Source: Octopus bimaculoides (taxonomy: Eukaryota). From it: a stretch of DNA of 64,000 nucleotides. How positions within the stretch are numbered: position 1 is the stretch's first letter; each line of letters opens with the position of its first letter. The stretch lies in assembly GCF_001194135.2 (NCBI RefSeq), contig NC_068984.1, positions 31,849,953-31,913,952 of the forward strand. Reading direction: 5' to 3'. The position numbers and the translations under genes were made by a program. Positions 1 to 12,395 of this stretch are shown here, in pieces. Below the pieces are notes generated by a model that worked only from the letters and a program-made list of their open reading frames with translations, searched no databases and had not been told where the DNA came from.

Positions 1-399
1 TATATATTAGACAAGATGAGATAACAAAGCCAAGGTTGTGAGGAGTTATCAGGACATTTATAAGGAAAAATATAGTCTTACAGCTGTTTCTGGGACATAA
101 TGGATATCCCCTCATCAGAGACGATGTGAGATGGTTAAATAGAGGTAAATATTTGAGTTCGAAATAAGGAATTATTATGGAAGAAGAGGAGACATGGAAT
201 ATAGAGTGAAATAAGAGAATGAAAGTAGAAATAAAATATAAAATATATGAAGATATTGTAGATGCAGTTCCATTATTCGAGGAAAGTAGTGTGTGGTAAA
301 AAAGTTTCCTGTAAGACTATATCTATTTCTTTTTCCTTATAAATGTCCTGATAATGCCTCACCACCTTGGCTTTGTTATCTCATGTTGTCCAATATATA
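1..399 (-). mobile_element. Penelope-like terminal repeat (pLTR) remnant with ~85-bp inverted arms and a hammerhead motif
   Basis: 1-83 and 309-399 are reverse complements with a few mismatches and a 7-nt indel. The interior carries a CTGATGA...GAAAC motif on the minus strand. Confidence 0.6.
75..122 (-). ncRNA. Minimal type I hammerhead ribozyme motif
   Basis: Minus strand reads GUCU-CUGAUGA-G-GGGAUAU-CCAUU-AUGUCCC-A-GAAAC-AGCU-GUA^AGAC. Core intact; stem I GUCU/AGAC; 7-bp stem II with a G.A mismatch at its base; palindromic ACAGCUGU stem-loop III. Confidence 0.75.
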
Positions 400-604
400 T
401 ATATGCATGCTAATACAAGACCCACATTAGACTCCTCACTCATATAAGTATCGAACCAAGAGTTTAACTATTGTCTCTACATAGCACTTACTTCGCATTA
501 CCTGTCACTCTTTGGGTCTTCTAGATACCAATACCTCTTGTATATATGTATGCATGTATGTATGTATGTTTGTATTTACGTATGTATATATATATATATA
601 TATA

Positions 605-614
605 NNNNNNNNNN
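605..614. other. Assembly gap (N) in a TA microsatellite
   Basis: N run. Other gaps: 6021-6089, 12396-12549, 24788-24797, 38696-39484, 50554-50818, 55479-55920, each abutting TA/CA repeats or A/T runs. Confidence 0.99.
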
Positions 615-988
615 ATATATAAATATATATATATAAATATACATATATATGCATGGGTGTGTATATAAAATGGTTGGTTGCATGAAACCTCAATATATAA
701 GTGAGGTGGATTATAACTTGGCATTTATACCAATAATAATTGGTGCTCTTCGTTTTGTGAATAAATGTCTAAGTGGCAATCTGGATAAGCTAGGGTTTTG
801 AGAAAAAGAAATAAACCAACTTGCACTCTACAAATACATAAGTGGTGCATTAAAAGCATACAAGGTTTTTCTCAAGTTTGAAATGTGACTTTGTTTTTGC
901 TATCTACATTCCACTGATGAAACTTTGTATTTTTATGAGAAACCAGCTCCTTCCCTATAGGAAGGATTTAAATAATTAAAAACAGAAG

Positions 989-1019
<31 letters not shown>

Positions 1020-1399
1020 TATCTCTCTCTCACCCACACACTCGCATGTACATACATAAATATATACACACAAACACGTTTGTGTGTGTGTCTATATATG
1101 TATGCATTCATAAGAGACAGAGAATCAAATAGAAAAGAAAGAGTAAATTAAGTCTTGAAATGTAAAGGAAAGGAAATGCATTCAATAATATCAACTCATA
1201 AAATTCATGCTTGCAGAATCATGCATGTATATGCAAGCACACCCATATATTCATATATACTCACATGGATAGCAGAGAAGCAGTTATTAGTTTTGAAATG
1301 CATATGGTATCTTAATGGATATGAAAATATAAAGAAAGAAAAACTTTTCCATTATGACGAAAAGTAAAGAGCATGGTAAAAAGAGCAGGTGTAAAACTT

Positions 1400-1830
1400 A
1401 ATGTTTTAGAGAATATGGAGACGAAGTTTTCTATTTGTATATTTCAAATTATCAGCATGATAAAACTATTCAGAGCTTATGCTTTGATGTTTAGCAGATT
1501 CGAAGCGATTTAAGAATGGAACTTTTGTCACTTGTACATAAATCATATGGCAATTTTTGTAAGGTTTACATTTTTGTTGGATGTTCCTCTAGGTTGTGAG
1601 ATTAGTAGCATGTGGGTTTTTCAAATACCTGATGTAACTGGAGAGTTTTGTAACTTTCTGAGCTGTTTGGAAGACATATGGTTAAAAGAAAATAATGTGA
1701 ATATCCTTTCAGCAATTTATAAATTATTCTCCAATATGTCAAAATTTCACTTAGTAGAAGTGATTTCTGCAGTTTTAAATTACCTATTTAGTGCACATGT
1801 TTCAGTATTTCTGTATCCACGATTAATCTG
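1400..1830 (-). mobile_element. Penelope-like GIY-YIG endonuclease C-terminal remnant
   Basis: Broken minus-strand translation FSFNH...YDLCTSDKSSILKS resembles the Penelope end SFNH..K.TELS...C.LCL.EK..IL. Confidence 0.45.
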
Positions 1831-2939
1831 AAAATAAGTAGGAAATTTTATAAGGTATGAAACGTTTTGTGTGCTCGTATACATACACACATATGTGTGT
1901 ATGTGTGTGTATATGTATATTCAATGTTGCTTTTTTTTGTTTTGTTTTGATGATTGAGTAAAGAAGTACTCAAATGTAGAATATATAAGCAATATATTTT
2001 AATAAATTTTCTTTCTTGCCAAGGTAAAACTCAATGATGCAATAAACTATGTGAAAACTAACATACTTCAAACGATCGGATATTGAAATCATTTTCTAAA
2101 CAAAAACATTTATATTATTTTTAATAGCATCCTATGGGATAAAAATTAAATTCTCGGCCTTTTGACGTCATTATTGTTGAAAGAGTTTTTGGCAAAACAA
2201 GACACTTCATCAGCACATATAGTTTTAAATTATTAAAAAAATCAACGATATCCACTTATAATCCAGGAGATGTTGTTATGAGGGCAGCCCTGTTATATTT
2301 AGAAGCTATATTTTTATTAAAGCAATATTGGTTTTTGTGTAAACTAAAAAGAAATGAAATAAAATATGTATTCTTAAATTTCATTAAATATTTTACTTTT
2401 AAATTTTTCATTGAAACTACCAAGAAGTATTTACCTGGAGTAAATACCCGGAGATAGCATTAAAACTGCAACTTGTATATAAAAGTTAAATAAACAGCCA
2501 CAAAAGTACATCTCATTCATAAGTACACCAATAACCTGAAGAAAATAACAAATAACCCAGTTCATAATATATCACTCTGAATCTATGTTCTAATGAAACA
2601 ATTTTTAAAGAATACTCTTAAATCTAAAGTGAAACCTTAAACATGTGAGATTACACAGAAGAAATTAATTATCACATAAATTAATTATCATAACAAAACA
2701 CTCGTGTAAACACAGAAACAAAATTACAAACATAATTTGGTATCAGTTGAGTGAACATTGTAACTGTAGCTAATAATTAAACAATAACTTATAATTAAAA
2801 CTTTTGTTATAATTTTGGTATGACATGTAACCACAAAATTGATAAATTACATAAGAAAATAAAAATCCTTTGTACAACAATCCACAAATTTATCACAGTA
2901 ACAGATTGCACCTGCAATAGAAGAATTACTTACCATCTA

Positions 2940-3410
2940 CTAGGAGAATCAATAGTGGAATAAGGAAAGAGTTTCAAGAGATGGAACCCAAACCTAGTAT
3001 TGAGGGGTCTTAAAGTAAGCCTAGTAAAGGCTAAAGTTTTAGCAAACAAGAAAGAATACAGGATGCATCTACCTTCAGGGAACTAGTCTCGATAAATATG
3101 CAGAAAAGTAAGTGTAAACTTCACATGCTGTACCCAATATAAGTTATTGATATACAAAAGATACTGGAGAATCACAGGCACACTGGCAGGGAATGTAAGC
3201 TTTGTATGAGACAGAGGCACTGGATCAGTAATTACTATGAGTGCACCAGAAATATACTTACTTAAATGCCTGCATGAAACACCAGAAGTGGCTGATCTAT
3301 TTTGTTACCTAGAAGAAGTAATTAGCAAGAGGTGTGGTTGCTCTGAAAGTATAGTAGCCAGAGAAAGAAAGGGTGAAGAAATTTCAGAGCCCTACAACCA
3401 CTGTTGACAA
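2940..3410 (+). mobile_element. RTE-clade LINE remnant, C-terminal part of RT
   Basis: FCYLEEVISKRCGCSESIVARERKG*RNFRAL matches the RTE motif FCYLGD.I...GG.SE.V.ARIR..W.KFREL. Confidence 0.55.
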
Positions 3411-3434
3411 ATTGGTCATTTACCTTAAAGTATA

Positions 3435-3542
3435 CGTTAAACCCCGAGGCTATAGTAGAAGACACTTGCCCAAGGTGCCACACAGTAGGACTGAACCCGG
3501 AACCATGTGACTTGAAAGGAACCTTCTTACCATACAGCTACT
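3435..3542 (-). mobile_element. tRNA-derived SINE, 5' part
   Basis: Minus strand GGTTCAGTCCTACTGTGTGGCACCTTGGGCAAGTGTCTTCTACTATAGCC. Related copies at ~8600-8730(-), 17030-17165(+), 23011-23400(+), 57060-57220(-). Confidence 0.65.
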
Positions 3543-3920
3543 CAAAAAACATTTATTTCTCTTTTTGTATTGATGGATGCTTGAAAATTGAAAACTGACT
3601 GAAATACTAAAAAATACTGAAACTAATAAAGAATCTGACAAAGACCCAGGTCATCATTTCAAATCTAAATATAGAAGGAGTGCCTTAAACAATACAACAT
3701 TTCTGAGTGTCATTTCATGGATATTGTGTTTCTGTGTTGCTCTTCATAATTGTAGTGAATTCTTGATCACTCACATTGAGATTATCTAGATTTATATTTC
3801 CTAATAAATATTAATCTTATCACTAAACATTCTGCATAATCTTTCCTTCCAATGGAAGATCAAGTCAAACATTTGTGAGGCTTGCAAAGATATAGAGTGC
3901 AACTGTTCCCCCTTTGACGA

Positions 3921-3979
<59 letters not shown>

Positions 3980-3980
3980 T
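3921..3980. repeat. (AAT)n microsatellite
   Basis: Direct reading. It produces the spurious poly-Ile ORF at 3801-4124. Confidence 0.95.
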
Positions 3981-4502
3981 AAATGAATAAATAAACAAAT
4001 AAATAAACAAATGAACAAATAAATTAAAAGCTACTGTGAGATGGAAGTCATATATAAAGAAGAAAACATCAGTAAAATTTACTGGATGTAACATTATTAA
4101 AAGTGAAAACAAGAAGTTAGCCACAGTTTTATGGGGAAGGGAATGGGAAATGTGTATTGATGTAGAAGAGAGTTGTCAGGCTGATATAAATAACGTGTTG
4201 AGAATAAGTAGTATCTACAATTCCAACCTGTTAATGTAGCTTCAAATATGTGTAAGTTATTTCAATCACCATCTAAAAACTTGCAACACCCATATCATCC
4301 ACGTCTCCCTCTCTCTCTCTCTCTCTGCATACACACACACATATATACACATATATGTATATACACATTCATGCATACATACATACATACATACATATAT
4401 ACACATACACAAACACACACATAGGTTTGTCTGACAAGCCTACAAAACTTGAAGTTACATGACACTAAGTTAAACTGTTAGTAAATAATATATGTAACTT
4501 CT

Positions 4503-4930
4503 GCGAGCTGGCAGAAATGTTAGCACGCCAGAAGAAATGCTTAGCGGTATTTCGTCTGCCGCTACGTTCTGAGTTCAAATTCTGCCGAGGCTGACTTTGC
4601 CTTCCATCCTTTTGGAGTTGATTAAATAAGTACCAGTTACACACTTGGGTCGATATAATCGACTTAATCCGTTTGTCTGTCCTTGTTTGTCCCCTCTGTG
4701 TGTAGCCCCTTGTGGGCAGTAAAGAAATAAGAAACATTAGCACACTGGGTGAAATGCTTACTGGTATTTCATCTGTTTTTACATTTTGAGTTCAAATTTC
4801 ACTGCAGTTGACTTTGTTTTTCATCCTTTCGGGGTCGATAAGTTAAGTACCAGTTGTGTACTAGAGCCAATCTAATTGACTGGCCCCCTTCCCCAAAATT
4901 TCGGTCCTTGTGCCAAAAGCAGAAAAGAAT
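4503..4930 (+). mobile_element. Two head-to-tail copies of an octopus-type tRNA-derived SINE
   Basis: Both copies have a B-box-like GAGTTCAAAT followed by GACTTTG...CATCCTTT...AAGTACCAGTT. Confidence 0.75.
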
Positions 4931-5036
4931 ATACGTAACTCCTATCATATGTGTTCAATGCCTCTTGCTTCCATCTGTCTGCACATTTGTATATATGTGA
5001 TAAGATGTTTGATTCCTAACCATATATATATATAAG

Positions 5037-5416
5037 TCTCAGGGGACTGTCTTCAGCCCGCTCCTCTTTATAATTTACATAATGACCTTTCCAACATCGT
5101 AAACCACTGCAAAGTTAAAATATTTGCTGATGACACTAAGCTCCAGCAAATCATCAATGAAGAAGAAGACCGAACTCAACTCCAGTCTGATCTATATGTT
5201 GTGAGTCAATGGGCAGACAAAAACAAAATGCAACTGAACGAGGGAAAATTTGAGCTGATGCATTTTGGAAGAAAGTCTACACTAAATCTGCCATACACTC
5301 TTCCTTCAGGGGAACCACTCATGGCATCCAATAATATCATAGATCTGGGTATAATTATTGATAACAATCTAAATTGGAGTGGCCACATCAACAATAAGGT
5401 CAATATAGCCACATGA
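5037..5416 (+). mobile_element. CR1/L2-group LINE reverse transcriptase fragment
   Basis: QGTVFSPLLFIIYI (frameshift) NDL...KIFADDTKL...LQSDL..VSQWADKNKMQLN..K...DLGIIIDNNLNWSGHINN. Confidence 0.85.
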
Positions 5417-5419
5417 CCA

Positions 5420-5997
5420 TACCAGCACAGTCATCTTTCTTGCACACCACATCTGATGCTTCTTAGGTCCAACTTTATTCTCAAGGTACTTACACTCTTT
5501 CAAGTATGCACACTGACATTATGCACCCAGTGGAGCATACTGGCTTCATTCCTTGTGAGCTTATGCATGTCCTCAGCAGTCACGGCCCATGTTTCACTGC
5601 CATGTAGTATGGTTGTTTGTACACATGCATCATACAGTCTACCTTTTACTCTGAGTGAGAGTCCCTTTGTCACCAGCAGAGTTAGGAGCTCTCTGAACTT
5701 TGCCCAGGCTATTCTTATTCTAGCAGCTACACTTTCAGTGTACCCACCCTCGTTACTGACTTGGTCACCTAGGTAGCGGAAACTATCAAGTGCTTCTAGT
5801 TTTTCTCCTGGAATGTGGCAGAAGTTGATGAAGTCGATTTTCTGTACATTTTTATAGTGTTTATCGTACCTGTGCACCTTCCATACCCAAATCTATTTTG
5901 TCAGTTAACTCTAAAGCCCTTCCATTCTCGACCTAGCTTCCACACCTAAGACTTCTTCTCTAGCTCTGGTAGTGATTCAGCAATAAGAACTAGGTCA
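5420..5997 (-). mobile_element. RTE-clade LINE fragment, RT C-terminus
   Basis: ORF 5500-5877 FRYLGDQVSNEGG...ARIRIAWAKFRELL...KGRLYDACV..TILHGSETW; upstream LVLIAESLPELEKK. Confidence 0.88.
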
Positions 5998-6187
5998 TAT
6001 ATATGTATGTATATATATATNNNNNNNNNNNNNNNNNNNNNNNNNNNNNNNNNNNNNNNNNNNNNNNNNNNNNNNNNNNNNNNNNNNNNCAAGACCATTT
6101 GTCAGATGGTTTTTAAGCTGATGATGTTAAAAACAATGAGCAAACACCATTTTTTCCCCAGCTTGAAAAATGGTGAAATAAAGTAAT

Positions 6188-6402
6188 CTTTTCTACTCTA
6201 AGCACAAGACTCGAGATTTTTGGGGAGGGGACCAATCGATCACATCAACCCTATGGCTCAGCTGGTACTTATTGTATCAACCCTGAAAGGAGGAAAAGCA
6301 AAGTCGACCTCAGTGGAATTTGAACTCAGAACATACAAACAGATGAAATACTGCTAAGCATTTCTCCCAGTGTTCCTGTGAATCATCTAGCTCATCACCT
6401 TA
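6188..6402 (-). mobile_element. tRNA-derived SINE, same family as 4503-4930
   Basis: Reverse complement of the same B-box and body. Further copies at 7243-7462(-) and ~27570-27755(+). Confidence 0.7.
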
Positions 6403-7919
6403 AGACAAATTAAAATAATGGCATCTGAAAATTTTCTAAATGTACCTTTTGCATGGGAAGCATAAAATTTAGTGCAGGCTACTATACATATTTTTCAATT
6501 ACACCCTCTGACAGATCCATTAAAGAGGTGAAAAAACTCATGTTAACATGTATTCCTACACTTTACATTCTGATTTGAAATGCTGTTGAAGTCCTCTCTC
6601 TTATGTTGATAAAATTAAGTACTTTTTAATTATAATTAACTTATCACACTCACTCAAATTTCAGATCTTGTGTCTATTTTAAGAACAATATTTTATTAGA
6701 AAAAAATTTGTGCTCTCTTCTTTGAGATGAATTTTTATTAACACTGATAACATTACTTATGATAACTGTTTTAACTTCAATTGATACAAACTTATTTTTA
6801 TCTCACTACTTTTATTGTGTTAGCCTGCACATCGATATCATCTTCATGCAAAAACACTATTAATAAATTTTAAAAATGTCATTCATTTTATTTTCTTAAC
6901 CAGTGAATTTTGTCACACACATTACCAAACCTATTAGTCATTCTAAAATTTTAGCAGATGTGCTCAAACTATGTTTCAATAACAAGACCAAATTGTTTTT
7001 GGAGCTTGTCCTTATATCAGAAAAAAAAAAAAAAAAAACCCAATTCACTCAAATACCACTTATATAATTCAAATTAATTTAAACTCAGTTGAAATCTTTT
7101 GAGTATTCACCTTCATCCCTTTTGCAATTAATTTTCATGAGTGGTAGTAACTTTTCTTCTCCATTCTTATTTCCTAAATTTAGCAGGCTTTCTTTGGCAT
7201 TTTGCATATATTTTAATCAATAAAATAAGTACCCGTAATATATTCTTTTCTACTCTAGGAACAAGGCCCGAAATTTTTTGGGAGGGGGGGGCAGTTGATC
7301 AGATTGACCCTAGTATGCAACTGGTACTTAATTTATCAACCCCGAAAGGATGAAAGGCAAAGCTGACCTTGTTGGAATTTGAACTAATAACATAAAGACA
7401 GACGAAATACCACTAAGCATTTTGCCAGTCATGCTAACGTTTCTGCCAGCTCACTGCCTTGTACCTGTAATATATTGGAAATGTTTCAAATTACTATATT
7501 TCTGTCACCAAAAAAAAATTGATTTGCAAAGTCAAAATCAAATCAATATTTTTATGGTTTTGTTGTTTTCTTGCCCCCATTTCAGCTCTCATTGAATACA
7601 TGTGTGATCAGGGATATTTCCAGTCAATGGCATCACCCTTTTTTTATTTTTTAAATTCTTGATTGTATCGTATTCAGAAATATATTATCTACTGTGACCA
7701 TTTTTTTTTTTTTTTTAGTCAACAAAGAATGATTTGAAAAATATTTCTTGCAGGTTCTCACATCGGCTCCAATCAATACATCTTTTTTTAAGAAGATCTA
7801 TAATGTTTCAACACCGAAGAAAATGTAACCATTTTTATTGTGTACAAAAACTAAAAGAAACTTGTTTTCTTTAAAATTCTATAAAAAAAAGAAAAAATCT
7901 GAATCTCAATAAATAAATA

Positions 7920-8300
7920 TATCCAGGTCTGTAAAGCATCTTTAGTGGTTATAAAAGTTATTTATAGCTATAAATTTTGCAGGTCCTGCTAGATTGTTAT
8001 GGATATGGTGGTTGATGTTTAATTTGAATTTCGGAAAGTTGACTTACAGAAAGTTAGGAGGAGATACTTGAAATTTGAAGTTTTGGGGATAAATATTTGG
8101 TTAAATATTTGATATGAGTTTTATTGTTAAGACACCCTAACATTGATAGAAGGAATTTATGAAAATTTATTTTCGTGTTAAAATATGAAAGAGCTATAAG
8201 AATCATCTCTCATCACACACAAGGAGAATACTTCCATCTGCCTCATAAAATTATAAAGGTTTCTGTCAATTCTGAAATAATTCCAGGTAAATCATTTTCT
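7920..8300 (-). mobile_element. Highly decayed Penelope-like RT thumb remnant
   Basis: Fragmentary matches to LPFLD..., QYLL and NLARRICTIV-like motifs. Confidence 0.35.
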
Positions 8301-8526
8301 GAAAAGAATGATTGCAATAACAACAATGATGATGAACATAACAATAGAAGGAATTTTTGACTATGCAGTTCAAAATATTTGATACATAACAACATAACAA
8401 TTCTAATATTTACTAGCAAATACAAAGTTGGTCATAACGCATGTAGGAATGTATATATAAACACACATACACAACACATATATACCTAACATATACATGC
8501 ATACATACATACCTAACATATACATG

Positions 8527-8570
<44 letters not shown>

Positions 8571-8821
8571 CACACATGATACAAGCTTATTTCATTTTAT
8601 GTCTACCAAAGCCACTCACTTTGGTCACTCCACAGCTATAGTAGAAGATGCATTCCCAAGGTGCCATGCACTGGGACTGAACCCAGAATCATGTGGTGAG
8701 GATGCAATCTTCTTCCAACACAGCTGTGTCTGCACCTATATACTTAAAAATATACATATACTTGTATACATATATATAAAACATATAAATTCATACCTAT
8801 GTATATTATATATATATATAT

Positions 8822-9890
8822 ATCATCATCATCATCATCATTATCATTTAATGTTGTTGTCCATGCTGGCATGAGTTGGACAATTTGACTTGACCAGGCT
8901 GGCATGCTGGAAGGCTGGATCAGGATCCAGTCTGATTTGGCATGGTTTTCTATGGCTGGCTACACTTCCTAACACCAACCCCTCTGAGAGAGTAATGGCT
9001 ACTTTTAAATGCCAATGACATGGGTGCCATTTGTGTGACACCAGTATTTGCCACAACTGTGATCTTGCTCGGCTTGATGGATCTTCTCAAGCATGAAAAA
9101 TGCCAAAGGTCTTCATCAGTGTTTAAATGAAGCCCAACGCTTGAAAGGAGCTCGGCCACTTCACCTCTATGAGGTCCAACACTCGAAAGAAAATCAGCTA
9201 ACTTGCCTCCATGAGGCCTCTTTGAAAGGAACTCAGCCACTTTGCCTCTATACAGCCCAGAAGCTCAGCCACTTTGCCTCCATGAAGCCCAACACTTGAA
9301 AGGAATTCAGCCACTTTGCCTCCATGAAGCCCAACACTTGAAAGGAACTCAGCCACTTAGCCTCCATGAGGCCCAAAACTCGAAACGAACTCAGTCACAT
9401 CACGCCCGACGTTGAAAGGCTGATTTTTTTTACGTGTCACCAACATGGGTGCACTTGGCTTGATGGGTCCTCTTGAGCAGAGAACATCGCTAAAGGTTTC
9501 GGTCACTACTCATTGCCTCTGTGAGGATCAAAGTTTGAAGATCATGCTTCACTGCCTCATCCCATGTCTTCCTGGGTCTACCTCTACCGATTCTTGGTGA
9601 ACCACTACTTGTACCTTGAATTCTTCACTCTACTCATTGCCTACCCTCACCTTACTGATAGCGTCCTTGTACAGCTCACACCAACCACTTATCTATCCTT
9701 AGTTTCTGCATTGAGAGCAAGATAAGGGATCAGGGGACTCTGTCAAAAGCTTTCTCCAAATCAATAAAAGCCAAGTACAGAGGTTTATCTTACCAGAAAT
9801 ATAGCATCAGTGCTGCTTCTCCCTGGCACAAAACAACACTGCATCTCATGTAGACTAACTCTCTCTCTGATTAGTTGGGCTATGTCTCAC
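8822..9890 (-). mobile_element. Internally deleted RTE LINE with 3' UTR and (GAT)n tail
   Basis: RT motifs (FIDLEKAFDRVP, VRVGNE..EEFKVQV.VHQ) are joined directly to the terminal RGRPRKTWDEAV at ~9590, followed by the 3' UTR and a (CAT)n tail at 8822-8845. Confidence 0.8.
9127..9407. repeat. 42-bp tandem array, 7 units, inside the RTE 3' UTR
   Basis: Unit ATGAAGCCCAACACTTGAAAGGAACTCAGCCACTTTGCCTCC; two units are shortened. Confidence 0.9.
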
Positions 9891-11838
9891 TATCCATATA
9901 CACACATATATGTATATGTATATATATACATTCATATATAAACACTCACACTCATATATATGTAAGTGTGTATACATGCCTCATACATTATGAAGCATAG
10001 CAATAGTATAGTCATGTGTACTTCAATTGCTGGCTAGGTGATATGAGCCAATGGTCCACATCAGTAATGTTATCTCTGGACATGATTTGTGTTCCTCCTA
10101 CAACTGCACTGTAGTACCATACTGAAAGCATGTTTGTAAAGTATGTGTTCTGCCAGTCTTCTTTCTCTTCCTTGTTAGTCCTTATTATATGCATATGCTT
10201 TCAATTCTGCTATACATCAATCAGAAATCTCTCCACCTCCTGTTTTGAGTGTATATAGAGCTGTTCACTCACAAGGTCTTTGAAAAACATGTCATTAGCT
10301 TTCTTGCCTTTGTCTGACATAGTTTCCCAGGCAATGAAGCATTCTTCTTTGCAACACATGTCCTCCACCCCTTTTCTTTTACCTGGGGTTCATTTATATA
10401 TAATACCAACTTTTGTCTCACAACACTGGCCAGTGGTATGTTGCTATTGTCATTGTAAGTGGTAATACTCTTGTCATTTACGTTTGCATTTTAACTTGCT
10501 TTTACTTTTGTGTCTTTCAAATTGTAATTTTTTTTTTGTTTATAATTGTGGTTGTTTATCATTTTTTTTTTCTGTTTTATATTAGATTCTCACTTGGAGT
10601 TTTCAAAAATTTAATGGGTTAGTGGCACCTTCACTTCGAACACTATTGTAGCTCACACCTTCTCCAGCTACCAGAAAACTAGTCCTATTGAACCACAAAT
10701 AACTAAATCAAATAGATGTCAGCAGATATATATTTACAGAAACAAACAGGCTTAAAAGCAATATTTTTTCCCATTAAGTAAGGTAAAAATAATCATTTTT
10801 TTTAGTGTAGCTCTGTAGACCCAAGTATCAACAGTAAACAGTAGTAACAACAGCCACAACTATAATAACACCAACAACAACTACATTTAACTGACACTAA
10901 TATTTTTTTCAAATACCAAGAAAAGTTTTTAAAAAGTAGGTTAAATGAGTAACTTACAGAATTCAAGATTTGTAATTCGATATTTTGTTGTTATTTCTCC
11001 ACAGTTTCAAAAGATCATCAACATTAGAAGTGTTCTCATTGTATTAAACTAAATCCACCTAAAATCTAATGTATTTTAAAGATCTCGATGTCTAAATCTT
11101 TTCTGTTTACCCTCTTATCTTCACACACGAGTATTGTTTACATGCATAACTGACATCTCAATATACGCAAAAAACATTTTTAAATAACAGTAAATATTGG
11201 TACAGTTTTATGATAATGTTTCTGCTTTTATAGCTTCTGTAATTACAGGAAATGTTTTTTAATTTTTCTTTTTCATTTCAGTGTTTTCTTTAATTATCTT
11301 TTTTTTTATGTCTACATGTACAATGCTTGATAGAAGAAGAAAAAAAAACAAATAGATAAAATTTAAAGGATATATTCACTTCTCTTTAAATGTGCCTTCT
11401 CGATTTTCCATGAAAATACACAGCTCACACAAGACATTGATTGTGCTATTCCTTGTATCTGCTGTTATCCAGTGGACAATAATCACTTCAGTAAAGAAGA
11501 TAAAACTATGTATTAGTAGCTGTTGTTGTTGTTTAGTTCCAAATCAGCACTGACTGATCAAACCCATGATAAAAGATATTCGAATCATGACCTTTTTGCT
11601 TTTTTATAAATCTAGGATTACATTATCCACAGTTACACTTTCATTTAATAATGGTTGAGTGATACAGACAGAGTTTGTTTGAAAATTTTTAGTAGATCAA
11701 GAATATATCTGGAGGTAAATCTCTTTATATTATCATGTAATACACATGTAATTTGACGGATATTTATATCTGAAACATATGATGCACTGAACTGTGATTG
11801 TTCAATGTTACTATTATCATTATTATTATACAAACACA

Positions 11839-11853
11839 CGTGTGTGTGTGTGT

Positions 11854-11921
<68 letters not shown>

Positions 11922-11942
11922 ATGTGTGTGTGCATGTGTGTG
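11839..11942. repeat. (GT)n microsatellite
   Basis: Direct reading. Confidence 0.95.
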
Positions 11943-12149
11943 AGTATACATTTCTGCTAATTCGCCAAAAGGTAATATGTTGAAGAATTCAGTATGTAAA
12001 TATTGAGTAGGAAGGAAATATTGAGTGGAAGCAAAAGTGCTCAACATCAAATAGGAGAATCTAAATATAAATGGAAAAAAATAGTTTCATTAGTTGGAAC
12101 TAGATTTAGATGAATGTTGTAGGTAGCCAAGATCTTAAGTATATCAGCT

Positions 12150-12352
12150 GTCTGACTGTGTCAGCCTCCTTGCACCAATTACACAAATTTTGGATAGGAT
12201 TCGTCCAGATAACAAAGATCACAATCCTGTCTAGACTGATATATTTTCATTTACATTACAACCTGCAATTGCTCTGAAGAAGGTTTGAAATATATTTTTA
12301 TCACGTGGGTATACTTGCACTTGTGTGTTTTGTGTGTGTACCAGTGAGTACA

Positions 12353-12395
<43 letters not shown>

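Noticed and set aside
2435-2535. AG/GT-bounded open frame on the minus strand; similar cases at 18404-18465(+) and 61101-61164(+)
   Set aside because: No recognisable protein and no consistent exon chain. The 61.1-kb case resembles a maT transposase relic.
9127-9407. Possible CRISPR-like array
   Set aside because: Contiguous units without unique spacers, eukaryotic LINE context, no cas genes.
10010-10390. Possible BovB-like RTE tether remnant (-); possible Penelope RT remnant at 51400-51880 (-)
   Set aside because: Similarity too weak to support without an alignment.
11410-11553. Signal-peptide-like short ORF MKIHSSHKTLIVLFLVSAVIQWTIITS
   Set aside because: Only 47 codons, weak donor, runs into a common repeat; hydrophobic frames are expected in AT-rich DNA.
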